Source: Candidatus Micrarchaeota archaeon (GTDB lineage: Archaea > Micrarchaeota > Micrarchaeia > Anstonellales > Bilamarchaeaceae). From it: 23,378 bases of DNA. Within the stretch, counting starts at the first letter, position 1. Each line of letters begins with the position of its first letter. Both the position numbers and the translations under genes were made by a program. A model generated the notes under the pieces. The model was given only the letters and a program-made list of their open reading frames with translations. It was not told the origin of the DNA and did not search any database. The stretch spans positions 1-23,378 of the forward strand of contig JBFMEZ010000002.1 of NCBI GenBank assembly GCA_040753215.1, read 5' to 3'. Below are positions 16,468-23,378 of this stretch, in pieces.

Positions 16468-18227
16468 CTTGCATCCACCCCTTCCAGCTTTTTGAGTATC
16501 CAATCAAGCGATTCCCTGTTGAATGCACGCACTATACTCACGTTCCTTATTGAATCGAATGTGTTTGCGGACCCCATGGTGGAATACGTCCCGTCCGGGT
16601 TCACTATCCCATAGCAGCATGCACCTTCAGGTTCGCACGAAGCGGTGCATTCCCCCAGCGTATTCTCCAGTGTGGGCTTGGGGTTGGGGCAGGGGCTGAA
16701 CAAAGCAGCGTTCTGGCTCTCCCACACGTACGGGTTGTAATCGTCGCACAAGCCGAACGTGTGACCCAACTCATGCGCAGAGATGTGCACCCCGTTGCAC
16801 CGTTCATCATACCTTACATACACCGGACTTATCCCATCTCCCCCCAAATCCCCCAATAAAGTCCTCCTGTAGGTGAATCCGCACATCGTCCCTGCATCGC
16901 ACGCGTCTCCAAAATCAATGCCCACCAGCCGGTATCTCTCCTTCCACGGCTCCAGCGTTTTATCGTACACCCTCGTTTTCTTGTACCAGGAAAGGAAATG
17001 CTCTTCCAGGAGGTCCAGCCGGAGGTATTTGCCATCACAGTATTCCGGCCCTGCCTCAAAGGATTCGTTTATCATATAATAAGATGCATAGCCGAGCCCA
17101 AGCTGTCTATCTATGTATTTCACGGAGCCAAGTATCCCACCATACATCTCCTTGTGCATGGATACAGGGTCGTAGTTTATTGGCACGATGAACACCCTCA
17201 TCGATGACTGGATTCCGCATCTTCTTCCATCCCAGTTCTCCCCCAGCAAGCAGCATCCATAGTTCCCGTGAAGCGGGGAGAACGAGCACATCTTTTCCCC
17301 TGCGCATCCGCAAACGCTGCAGTCTGCAACACAGAAAAGGGACGAGAGGTTCAGCGTTATGTTCTCCTGCGCAACCACAATTGTGTTGTATGCGGGCTTT
17401 CCGAACCCAAGCACATTAACTTCGTATGTCCTGTTCTCAAGCCATATGCGTTCGCCCTCCAGAAGCCTTTTTCCAATCTCCGGCAATTCTATTTCATAAG
17501 GAACATCCCTCCTCTTCTCCACCAGCACGAAAGCCGCATCAATCTCTCCAGCCCCTGCCCCGGAGAGGTCGAAAACAAGCGGAACCACCGTGCTTCCGTT
17601 GAACTCCAGCGAGCCTCCTCTTAGCTCAGCCGTGGAATAGTTCGCTGCATATGTGATCCGTGCGCCCTCCGGAATGCCTACAACTGCACATCTCCCCTCT
17701 GAATTTGTTGTGCAGTTCCTGGAAAATCCGCTCCCGGGGGAGGTTATGGCCACATCCACGCCGGCCACTGCCTCCTCTTTTTCATCAGTTGCGGAAAAAA
17801 CCGCCTGCCCCGCATCAAAAATAAAAACCGGGATTTCGGTTTCAGGCGGCTGCTTCGGGCCGAACGAGCCCCATTCACAGCACCCGCGTATCGCCCCATA
17901 TCCGCATACTCTTTCTCTCCCCGTCCATCCGGCAACCTCCGCCTCCTTTTCCACCCCCGCAAGCCTGGCATAAACCACTGCAGTTATTCCTCCCTCACAC
18001 CCGAAGCACGCATCCGGGGAGCAGGAGCCGGTTTCATCGCTCGTGCAGATATATTTCTTACCCGCGAATGCATTGAAATCCGGGGTGTTGTTGCATTCCA
18101 GGAAAAACTCCACGTCCTCCAGGGGGAAATAATCCTGGTCCAAAGCATGGAAGGAGAGGACCGTGTAGAGGTTCTCCGCACACGAAAGTGCAAGCGCGAG
18201 CATGAGGAATACGTATAGGTTTTTCAT
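16464..18227 (-). CDS. Secreted Cys-rich zinc metallopeptidase (metzincin-type)
   Basis: Signal peptide, beta-sandwich-like repeats (CTSDETGSC; CTTNSEGRC), AHELGHTFGLCDDY (HExxHxxGxxD) and candidate Met-turn STMGS. Confidence 0.85.
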   Translation of the reverse strand: MKNLYVFLMLALALSCAENLYTVLSFHALDQDYFPLEDVEFFLECNNTPDFNAFAGKKYICTSDETGSCSPDACFGCEGGITAVVYARLAGVEKEAEVAGWTGRERVCGYGAIRGCCEWGSFGPKQPPETEIPVFIFDAGQAVFSATDEKEEAVAGVDVAITSPGSGFSRNCTTNSEGRCAVVGIPEGARITYAANYSTAELRGGSLEFNGSTVVPLVFDLSGAGAGEIDAAFVLVEKRRDVPYEIELPEIGKRLLEGERIWLENRTYEVNVLGFGKPAYNTIVVAQENITLNLSSLFCVADCSVCGCAGEKMCSFSPLHGNYGCCLLGENWDGRRCGIQSSMRVFIVPINYDPVSMHKEMYGGILGSVKYIDRQLGLGYASYYMINESFEAGPEYCDGKYLRLDLLEEHFLSWYKKTRVYDKTLEPWKERYRLVGIDFGDACDAGTMCGFTYRRTLLGDLGGDGISPVYVRYDERCNGVHISAHELGHTFGLCDDYNPYVWESQNAALFSPCPNPKPTLENTLGECTASCEPEGACCYGIVNPDGTYSTMGSANTFDSIRNVSIVRAFNRESLDWILKKLEGVDAR

Positions 18228-18336
18228 CTTCCCCACATATATTTCCCATGCAATTATTATAAAAAGAGCTTATTATGTGATCTTTCTTCCAAACCGATCC
18301 GCTTCTCTTTAAAATCCAGCGCAACCACACATATTC

Positions 18337-19302
18337 ATGGGCGGGAAGGATAAAAGATTCGTAATATGTGAAAAATGCGGCGCCAGCGTCCGCGATACAA
18401 ATATAGTTGAGCACATGGCAAAGGTGCATGGAGACGAGGATGCGAAAGAGGCGCTCGCATGGGAAGGCGAGATCGAACAGGTATTTTCGGAAAAGATATT
18501 TAAGGCATATATGGATGTGCGCCTGGAAATGGACAAACCCGTATTCTCATCCCCAAAAGAGCTGAAGGAGTATTCCAAGGCATGCGGCAAGGATTTTGGG
18601 GCGCTCGGGGACCTTGCGTTTGCCGGAATCTCAACGGACGGAATGATGGCGCGCTCCGCCCTGGAGCAGAAGGTGCAAACCCTGCCCAAGCCTCTGCCGC
18701 CGGAAGAAGCGGCAGGCAATGAGAAGTTAGCCGCAATTCTCGCAAAACTGGGGGAGATGCAAAAGGGCACATTGAAGGAATCCCTGCAGGAAATTGCCGC
18801 GCGCATCACAGATGAGAACGAGAAGAGAGCGCTCATGAGAGGCATGTTCGTCTTTTTTCCGGGTTTCTTTGGGAATGTGTGGAAGGAATTTTTCGGGAAG
18901 CGGTGCGCTTCATGCCCGATGGAGGAATTTAAGAAAAGAGGGTGCAAAAAAGGAGGGTTTTACTGCATCCATGACCTGGATTTTTCCGAGGCCGAGGGCT
19001 ACATCAGGGAGGGGATAGTCAACCGCATCCTCGCGAAGGACGAATTCTCCATTGAGGATGAGACCAGGGCGCTGGTTGCTGCATGGAAAGAAGATTCTGA
19101 AGAATTGTGTGGCCGCTCCTGCGAATGTGCCCTCTGCAGGAAGGAAAACTTCGTGTGCAAGAAATGCGGGACCGCCTTGGAGCCCATTGAGAAATGGACA
19201 AAGGGGGAGGATGGGGCCGAACACAGGAGGATTCGGTGCAAAAAATGCAATGAGATTTTGCTTGAGATAAAGGCACCACTACGCTGGGAGGAGGGACCCT
19301 AG
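18337..19302 (+). CDS. Hypothetical protein with multiple zinc-binding motifs
   Basis: N-terminal CEKC-x11-H-x4-H, central CASC...C...CxH, C-terminal CxxxCECALC, CKKC...CKKC; AT box ~18308-18314. Confidence 0.8.
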   Translation: MGGKDKRFVICEKCGASVRDTNIVEHMAKVHGDEDAKEALAWEGEIEQVFSEKIFKAYMDVRLEMDKPVFSSPKELKEYSKACGKDFGALGDLAFAGISTDGMMARSALEQKVQTLPKPLPPEEAAGNEKLAAILAKLGEMQKGTLKESLQEIAARITDENEKRALMRGMFVFFPGFFGNVWKEFFGKRCASCPMEEFKKRGCKKGGFYCIHDLDFSEAEGYIREGIVNRILAKDEFSIEDETRALVAAWKEDSEELCGRSCECALCRKENFVCKKCGTALEPIEKWTKGEDGAEHRRIRCKKCNEILLEIKAPLRWEEGP

Positions 19303-19363
19303 CCGCCCCATATCCTTCGGGTGGGCATTAGGGGATTGCGGCCGGGCAAACAGCTGGATAAGG

Positions 19364-19984
19364 TCAGGCGCCGAAGAGCTTCTCGATTTTCACCTTATAG
19401 TTGTAATGGTTGATTACTTCAATTCCAAATTCGGCCTTGATCTCCTCTTCAAGGCAAAAATGATTGTCCGTCGTTATGAAATAATCGCCGCAAAGCTGCA
19501 GCGCGTCTGCGAAAATCTCCATATCGCTTTTTTCGGGAATTGCCTGCTGGTGCTTGCCGGTTTTGCCTTCCTTAAGCCCCACTGCATCCAGCATCCTCCT
19601 GTCTATTTTGTATCTTTCAAAAAAATCCTTTATCTTCTGCAGGTGCGCGCTGCCATCCACTTCATCCAAACTTATCCGCCCAAGCAGTTCCTTTATCGCT
19701 TCCGTAGCGACCTGGACCACTTTCGCCGTTTTCTTCGCCTCAAGCCCCTTCGCCATCAGTTCCTTTTCCATTACGTCCCTTGCATGGGCAAGCTGGTTGA
19801 GCACCTTTCCGGATGTGACAATCTTCAAGCCAGCGGAAAGTCCCTTGTCAATGAAAATCTGCATCGCCACTGCACGGTTCGGAACATTGCGGAACACTCC
19901 TCCGAATGCGGAAGCTTTTGCATAATTGATGATTGCGGAGGTTTCAGCGAAAGCTAAAGGTTCTCCAGCACTTCTGCCACACAT
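19364..19984 (-). CDS. PIN-domain-like protein (putative toxin/RNase)
   Basis: FAETSAII (PIN strand 1), SDMEIFADA and FITTDNHF C-terminal motifs; overlaps the upstream gene by 31 bp. Confidence 0.65.
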   Translation of the reverse strand: MCGRSAGEPLAFAETSAIINYAKASAFGGVFRNVPNRAVAMQIFIDKGLSAGLKIVTSGKVLNQLAHARDVMEKELMAKGLEAKKTAKVVQVATEAIKELLGRISLDEVDGSAHLQKIKDFFERYKIDRRMLDAVGLKEGKTGKHQQAIPEKSDMEIFADALQLCGDYFITTDNHFCLEEEIKAEFGIEVINHYNYKVKIEKLFGA

Positions 19985-20793
19985 TCCTTCTCCGCCTCGC
20001 TGAAATCTGAAAAATCGCCTGCACCGATGGGGCCTGCTATTCCATGCACGGTGGCATAGTTGTCTATGAAATCACAAAGCTCTTCGGATTCGGGATTGCC
20101 CTCCATGCTGTAATTCTTATTGGCCAGGATTGCCACGAGCTCCCTTATTGCATTGAGGAGGACACTCCTTTCCGTCTTATCAACTCCCCTGCTCCTCATG
20201 CCGGCAAGAATCCCTTTTACGTGCTCAAGATACCCCACCAGCTTGATCTGCTTATGGAGGGTTCTTGCGCCCGCATTTGAAGCATTTTCCAGCTTCATAT
20301 TTGCGATCGGGATGAGTTTTGCGATTGCATCCTCGAATTCCCCCACATCCCCCGGGCCATACTTCTCAAGGTATTTTGAGTAGACATACTCCTTTATCGA
20401 GGTGGAGGTGTAAGATGAGTATTTGCCGATTATTTTCTCCGCCTTTTGTATCTCCGCCTTATTGAGGACCGAACCAAGTCCGCGAAGCTTCCGCCTGCCC
20501 TCCCAACTGATCTCTATCTCGATCGGATGGCGTTCAAAGGTCGTTTCCTTTTCTTCCACTATAAGGCCGCTGGACAGGGCATAGTTGTACTCATTGTCCC
20601 TGTAGGGACCGTAAAAACCCTGCCTGATTGGCACATCAAACTTCACTTTTCCCTCCGTTTCAATCAAAAACAGCAGTTTTATGAGCTTGGTCTTGCCGCT
20701 GATGCTGCCCCCCAACCTGTCGATTATGAAAAGAAGCGTCTGGAGGGCTTTCTGGGAAATGGGAAACAAAACATTGTGCGGAGACCCCTTCAT
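19954..20793 (-). CDS. DUF4065/SocA/Panacea-like winged-helix antitoxin-type protein with C-terminal helical extension
   Basis: GKTKLIKLLFL, YGPY, EG and EYVYSKY motifs; start placed at ATG 20793 because the ORF-track ATG 20817 overlaps the TATA box. Confidence 0.7.
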   Translation of the reverse strand: MKGSPHNVLFPISQKALQTLLFIIDRLGGSISGKTKLIKLLFLIETEGKVKFDVPIRQGFYGPYRDNEYNYALSSGLIVEEKETTFERHPIEIEISWEGRRKLRGLGSVLNKAEIQKAEKIIGKYSSYTSTSIKEYVYSKYLEKYGPGDVGEFEDAIAKLIPIANMKLENASNAGARTLHKQIKLVGYLEHVKGILAGMRSRGVDKTERSVLLNAIRELVAILANKNYSMEGNPESEELCDFIDNYATVHGIAGPIGAGDFSDFSEAEKECVAEVLENL

Positions 20794-20816
20794 CGTATTT
20801 ACCAGGCTTCCAACCA

Positions 20817-20830
20817 TTATAAACCTTTCG
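20817..20830 (-). promoter_or_regulatory. BRE-TATA promoter for the DUF4065-PIN pair
   Basis: CGAAAGG-TTTATAA on the minus strand, 23 bp upstream of ATG 20793. Confidence 0.7.
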
Positions 20831-20850
20831 TCGGGTGGATGCCCGTGGTT

Positions 20851-20885
20851 CCAGTTGCCAGTTCTCCGTTCCCGGTTTCCGGTGC
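20851..20885. repeat. Intergenic heptamer tandem array
   Basis: CCAGTTG CCAGTTC TCCGTTC CCGGTTT CCGGTGC. Confidence 0.8.
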
Positions 20886-20889
20886 TATT

Positions 20890-21651
20890 TTACTTCAATA
20901 TCCTATCCAGCTCCCCAAACCCCCTAATCCTATAATCCGGCCTTGCCCTCCCAGTTTTCCGTTTCTGTATCGCTTCGCGATAACTGGCAGAAACCTTCCT
21001 GGTTTCCGCCATCCAGTTCCCAGTTCCCCGTTTTCCCCTTCCGGCCAGCCCATATTCCGCAAGGCACGTCTTCATTCCCATTCTCTTCGCGCCTTCCATG
21101 TCCCTGCCCGGGTTGTCGCCCACGAACAGCACCTCGGAGGGCTCCACATTCACCCTTTCAAGCGCCATCCTGAAGGGCGCCCTGTGCGGCTTCTTTTTCC
21201 CCGCATCATCCGCGGTAACCACAAATTCGAACATGCCATCCAGCCCGCATAAAACCAGCCTCTGCCAGGCCTTGTTCCTTGGGGCATCCGTAACTATCCC
21301 CAGCCGGAATCTTTTTCCCAGCTTCTCCAGGACGGGCTTTACGGAGGGGTAGGACCGCAGCACAGAGAATTTCCTCTTAAGATAGGCGATTATGGCGGCT
21401 TGCTGTATATGTTCTCTGTTTCCGGTCTCCAGTTTCCGGTTTCGGTATGATTTTACTACCCGGTAGAAGGTCTTCTGGTACTCTATTCCATATCTATCGT
21501 AGGTCTGGAATATTTTCCTGTAGACATTGGGCACAGTATCGGGCAGCCCTTTTTCCACCATTGCCTTCGCGGCTGCCTTTGCGGTTTCCCTCTTGAACCT
21601 CATGAAATCTATGAGCGTATTATCCAGGTCGAAGAGGATTGCCTTGAGCAT
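20890..21651 (-). CDS. HAD-superfamily hydrolase (subfamily IA, YjjG/CTE7-like)
   Basis: FDLDNTL (motif I), IVTD (II), KKP (III), VGDNPGRD (IV), C-terminal PDYRI. Confidence 0.93.
   Translation of the reverse strand: MLKAILFDLDNTLIDFMRFKRETAKAAAKAMVEKGLPDTVPNVYRKIFQTYDRYGIEYQKTFYRVVKSYRNRKLETGNREHIQQAAIIAYLKRKFSVLRSYPSVKPVLEKLGKRFRLGIVTDAPRNKAWQRLVLCGLDGMFEFVVTADDAGKKKPHRAPFRMALERVNVEPSEVLFVGDNPGRDMEGAKRMGMKTCLAEYGLAGRGKRGTGNWMAETRKVSASYREAIQKRKTGRARPDYRIRGFGELDRILK
20951..21047. repeat. Heptamer array with embedded hairpin in the HAD 3' region
   Basis: CCAGTTT TCCGTTT, hairpin 20961-20994, then CTGGTTT CCGCCAT CCAGTTC CCAGTTC CCCGTTT TCCCCTT CCGGCCA. Confidence 0.75.
21408..21442. repeat. 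Heptamer array in the middle of the HAD gene
   Basis: TATGTTC TCTGTTT CCGGTCT CCAGTTT CCGGTTT. Confidence 0.7.
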
Positions 21652-21743
21652 GCTGGAGTATTGGGGAACAGGTTAATTTGGCTTTCGGAGCGGAGGCGCT
21701 TTGCAATATTTTCCTCCCAAAAAGGACAGTTCAGCATAATTTT

Positions 21744-21803
21744 CATTTAGTAAAATGTATTTTACAATATGTCAGCATTTTGTTAAATATTATTTACAAT
21801 ATG
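21744..21803. repeat. Two tandem 28-bp imperfect palindromes upstream of the ATPase gene
   Basis: CATTTAGTAAAAT-GT-ATTTTACAATATG tcag CATTTTGTTAAAT-AT-TATTTACAATATG. Confidence 0.85.
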
Positions 21804-21837
21804 CAACAATTATAAACTCTTCCATCGTAACATATGC

Positions 21838-23034
21838 ATGGACGAAGGCATATTTTCCAAGGTGATGCTGGCAAGTGAGCAGAAGCTGGCCGAGGCCGCG
21901 CAATACCCAAATAGGAGATATTTGTACGAAACGGTTTCAAACGCGCCGAAGGAATACTGCGTGGGCGTATATGGCCTGCGTGGCATAGGCAAGACCATCA
22001 TGCTGCTCCAGCAGGCACGTGCCGCTGAAAAAGCCCTTTACATCTCCGCGGATGCCATATACCTCAAGGATGAGCCCCTTTATGGGATGCTGGACCACGC
22101 AAGGAAAAAGGGCTACCGGAGCATCTTCGTGGACGAGATAAACAGCAAGCCGGGATGGGAGGCGGACCTGAAAACCTTCTATGACGAGGGCGGCGCCCGC
22201 ATATTCTTTACCGGCTCCTCCGCCATAGAGCTGAGGAAGGGCGCGGACCTTTCAAGGAGGGTCTTGCTTTATCATATGAAACCCCTGTCCTTCAGGGAAT
22301 ACATCATCATGAAAAGAGGGCTTGCCGGATTTTCCCCAATCCCTTTTGAGAGCCTCTTCAGTGCGGATGCGTGCAGGGAGGCGGCAACCCGGCATTCGGC
22401 GCTCTCCGCACACCTCCACGAGTTTTTTGCGCTGGGCGGGATCTTCCACCCCGGCGGCGCCGGGGACAAGGAATATGCGTATGCCTCCCTTTCCAACGTG
22501 CTGGAGAAGATAATCCACCACGACCTTGCGTACCTGCGGGAAATAGATGTCGGGATTGAGAACGCCGTGCTGGCCATACTCAAGCGCATAGCCCTTTCCT
22601 CTTCCTATGAGGTGAATTTCTCCCGTTTGAGCGAAAACCTCTCCATAAGCAAGCCCACCGTGATAAGGATAGTTGACGACCTTGCCCGCATAGGCGTTGT
22701 GATGAAGGTCCCTCCCTGCTTCGCACAGGTCCGGAAGGAGCCAAAGCTTTTCCTCGCATTCCCGTTCCGCTCTTTCTTCGCGGAGATGCTGGGCGCGAAG
22801 CCGGACATCGGCACCCTCCGCGAGGAGTTCTTCGCCTCGCACGTAGATGGGATATGCCACCTGAAGGGAAAGAGGGGCGAGCGCACCCCGGATTTCATGT
22901 ACAAGGGAAAGAAGGTTGAGGTCGGCGGGGCCGGGAAGGGGGCTTCCAGGCAGAACCCGGACTTTGTTTTGAGGGAGGAGGTTGTTTTTGGGGACAAATC
23001 CATTCCCCTCTTTCTTGCAGGGTTTAATTACTAA
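21838..23034 (+). CDS. AAA+ ATPase, AAA_14/DUF4143 (COG1373) family with winged HTH and C-terminal PD-(D/E)xK-like fold
   Basis: Walker A GLRGIGKT, Walker B IFVDEI, TGSS, LSRR, PLSFREY, HTH NFSRLSENLSISKPTVIRIVDDL, PDF...VEVGG; TTATAAA at 21810-21816. Confidence 0.92.
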   Translation: MDEGIFSKVMLASEQKLAEAAQYPNRRYLYETVSNAPKEYCVGVYGLRGIGKTIMLLQQARAAEKALYISADAIYLKDEPLYGMLDHARKKGYRSIFVDEINSKPGWEADLKTFYDEGGARIFFTGSSAIELRKGADLSRRVLLYHMKPLSFREYIIMKRGLAGFSPIPFESLFSADACREAATRHSALSAHLHEFFALGGIFHPGGAGDKEYAYASLSNVLEKIIHHDLAYLREIDVGIENAVLAILKRIALSSSYEVNFSRLSENLSISKPTVIRIVDDLARIGVVMKVPPCFAQVRKEPKLFLAFPFRSFFAEMLGAKPDIGTLREEFFASHVDGICHLKGKRGERTPDFMYKGKKVEVGGAGKGASRQNPDFVLREEVVFGDKSIPLFLAGFNY

Positions 23035-23090
23035 TTGTTAAATAGATTTTACAATATGTATGTATTTTGTAATATTAATTTAATAAAATG
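23031..23090. repeat. Two tandem 28-bp imperfect palindromes downstream of the ATPase gene
   Basis: CTAATTGTTAAAT-AG-ATTTTACAATATG tatg TATTTTGTAATAT-TA-ATTTAATAAAATG. Confidence 0.85.
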
Positions 23091-23378
23091 CGGATTTCGG
23101 GCTGAAGAACGCTTCCGAGCTGGAATCGTATGGACGCGGGATTAGGGTTTTGGATGAATAGTTCTATACGGAGGACCCGGACGTTAGGCCGAAGATTTAC
23201 AGATGGCTTGGAAGGTTAGGGTTTTCCCGAACTCAATGGACTGTTACGGCGAGCTTGAGTTTTGCGTTTCCTGAAAAGTAGATAAATTAACGACGTGCAT
23301 ATGGATTTTGAAGTTGATCCCCATGCACGCCGCTAACGTCGAAGTTATCGACAACATTTTGAAGGAGTTTGGATTTTT

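Noticed and set aside
17825..17842. AAACCG-ggattt-CGGTTT inverted repeat resembling the heptamer
   Set aside because: Single short stem within coding sequence, not tandem; compatible with chance
19297..19333. Imperfect hairpin with cTTCGg loop between convergent genes as a terminator
   Set aside because: The stem has several bulges and no T-tract; too weak to call
20961..20994. DGR target hairpin
   Set aside because: No reverse transcriptase, no TR/VR pair differing at adenines, and no C-type-lectin-like target seen in the window
325..23003. Many long antisense or alternate-frame ORFs (e.g. 325-1185, 2668-3729, 7279-8154, 9749-10648, 11008-12063, 13466-14362, 15670-16614, 20446-21252)
   Set aside because: They shadow well-supported genes on the opposite strand, have no family motifs, and are expected in GC-rich DNA
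21744..23090. CRISPR array, or IS element with terminal inverted repeats
   Set aside because: Only two units per side with 4-bp spacers, no cas genes, no transposase motif, and no target-site duplication visible

Overview
Gene-dense prokaryotic window that reads as archaeal: TTTATA-type TATA boxes lie ~21-24 bp upstream of many start codons and GGTGA-type Shine-Dalgarno sites occur. A DPANN/Micrarchaeota-like source is an inference from gene style and the Cys-rich surface proteins. About 24 CDSs. Housekeeping and metabolic genes: class IV aminotransferase, SDR, PolX-PHP, gamma-carbonic-anhydrase-like protein, bacterial-type MetK, RNase J-like beta-CASP, MFS, HAD and YbhB/PEBP. Secreted or lipoprotein genes: two transglutaminase-like proteins, a SIMPL protein, a triple-repeat Cys-rich lipoprotein, and a metzincin peptidase with a coupled membrane-anchored partner. 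Also a DUF4065/Panacea-like + PIN-like pair and an AAA_14/DUF4143 ATPase. No rRNA, tRNA, CRISPR array, transposase or integrase was seen. Two unexplained non-coding signals stand out. (1) The ATPase gene is bracketed on both sides by matching 60-bp arrays of two 28-bp AT-rich palindromes with a 32-bp period. (2) A family of co-oriented 7-bp tandem repeats (CCRGTTY) occurs four times, three times inside coding sequences without breaking frame, and one array carries a GCGAAGC mini-hairpin.
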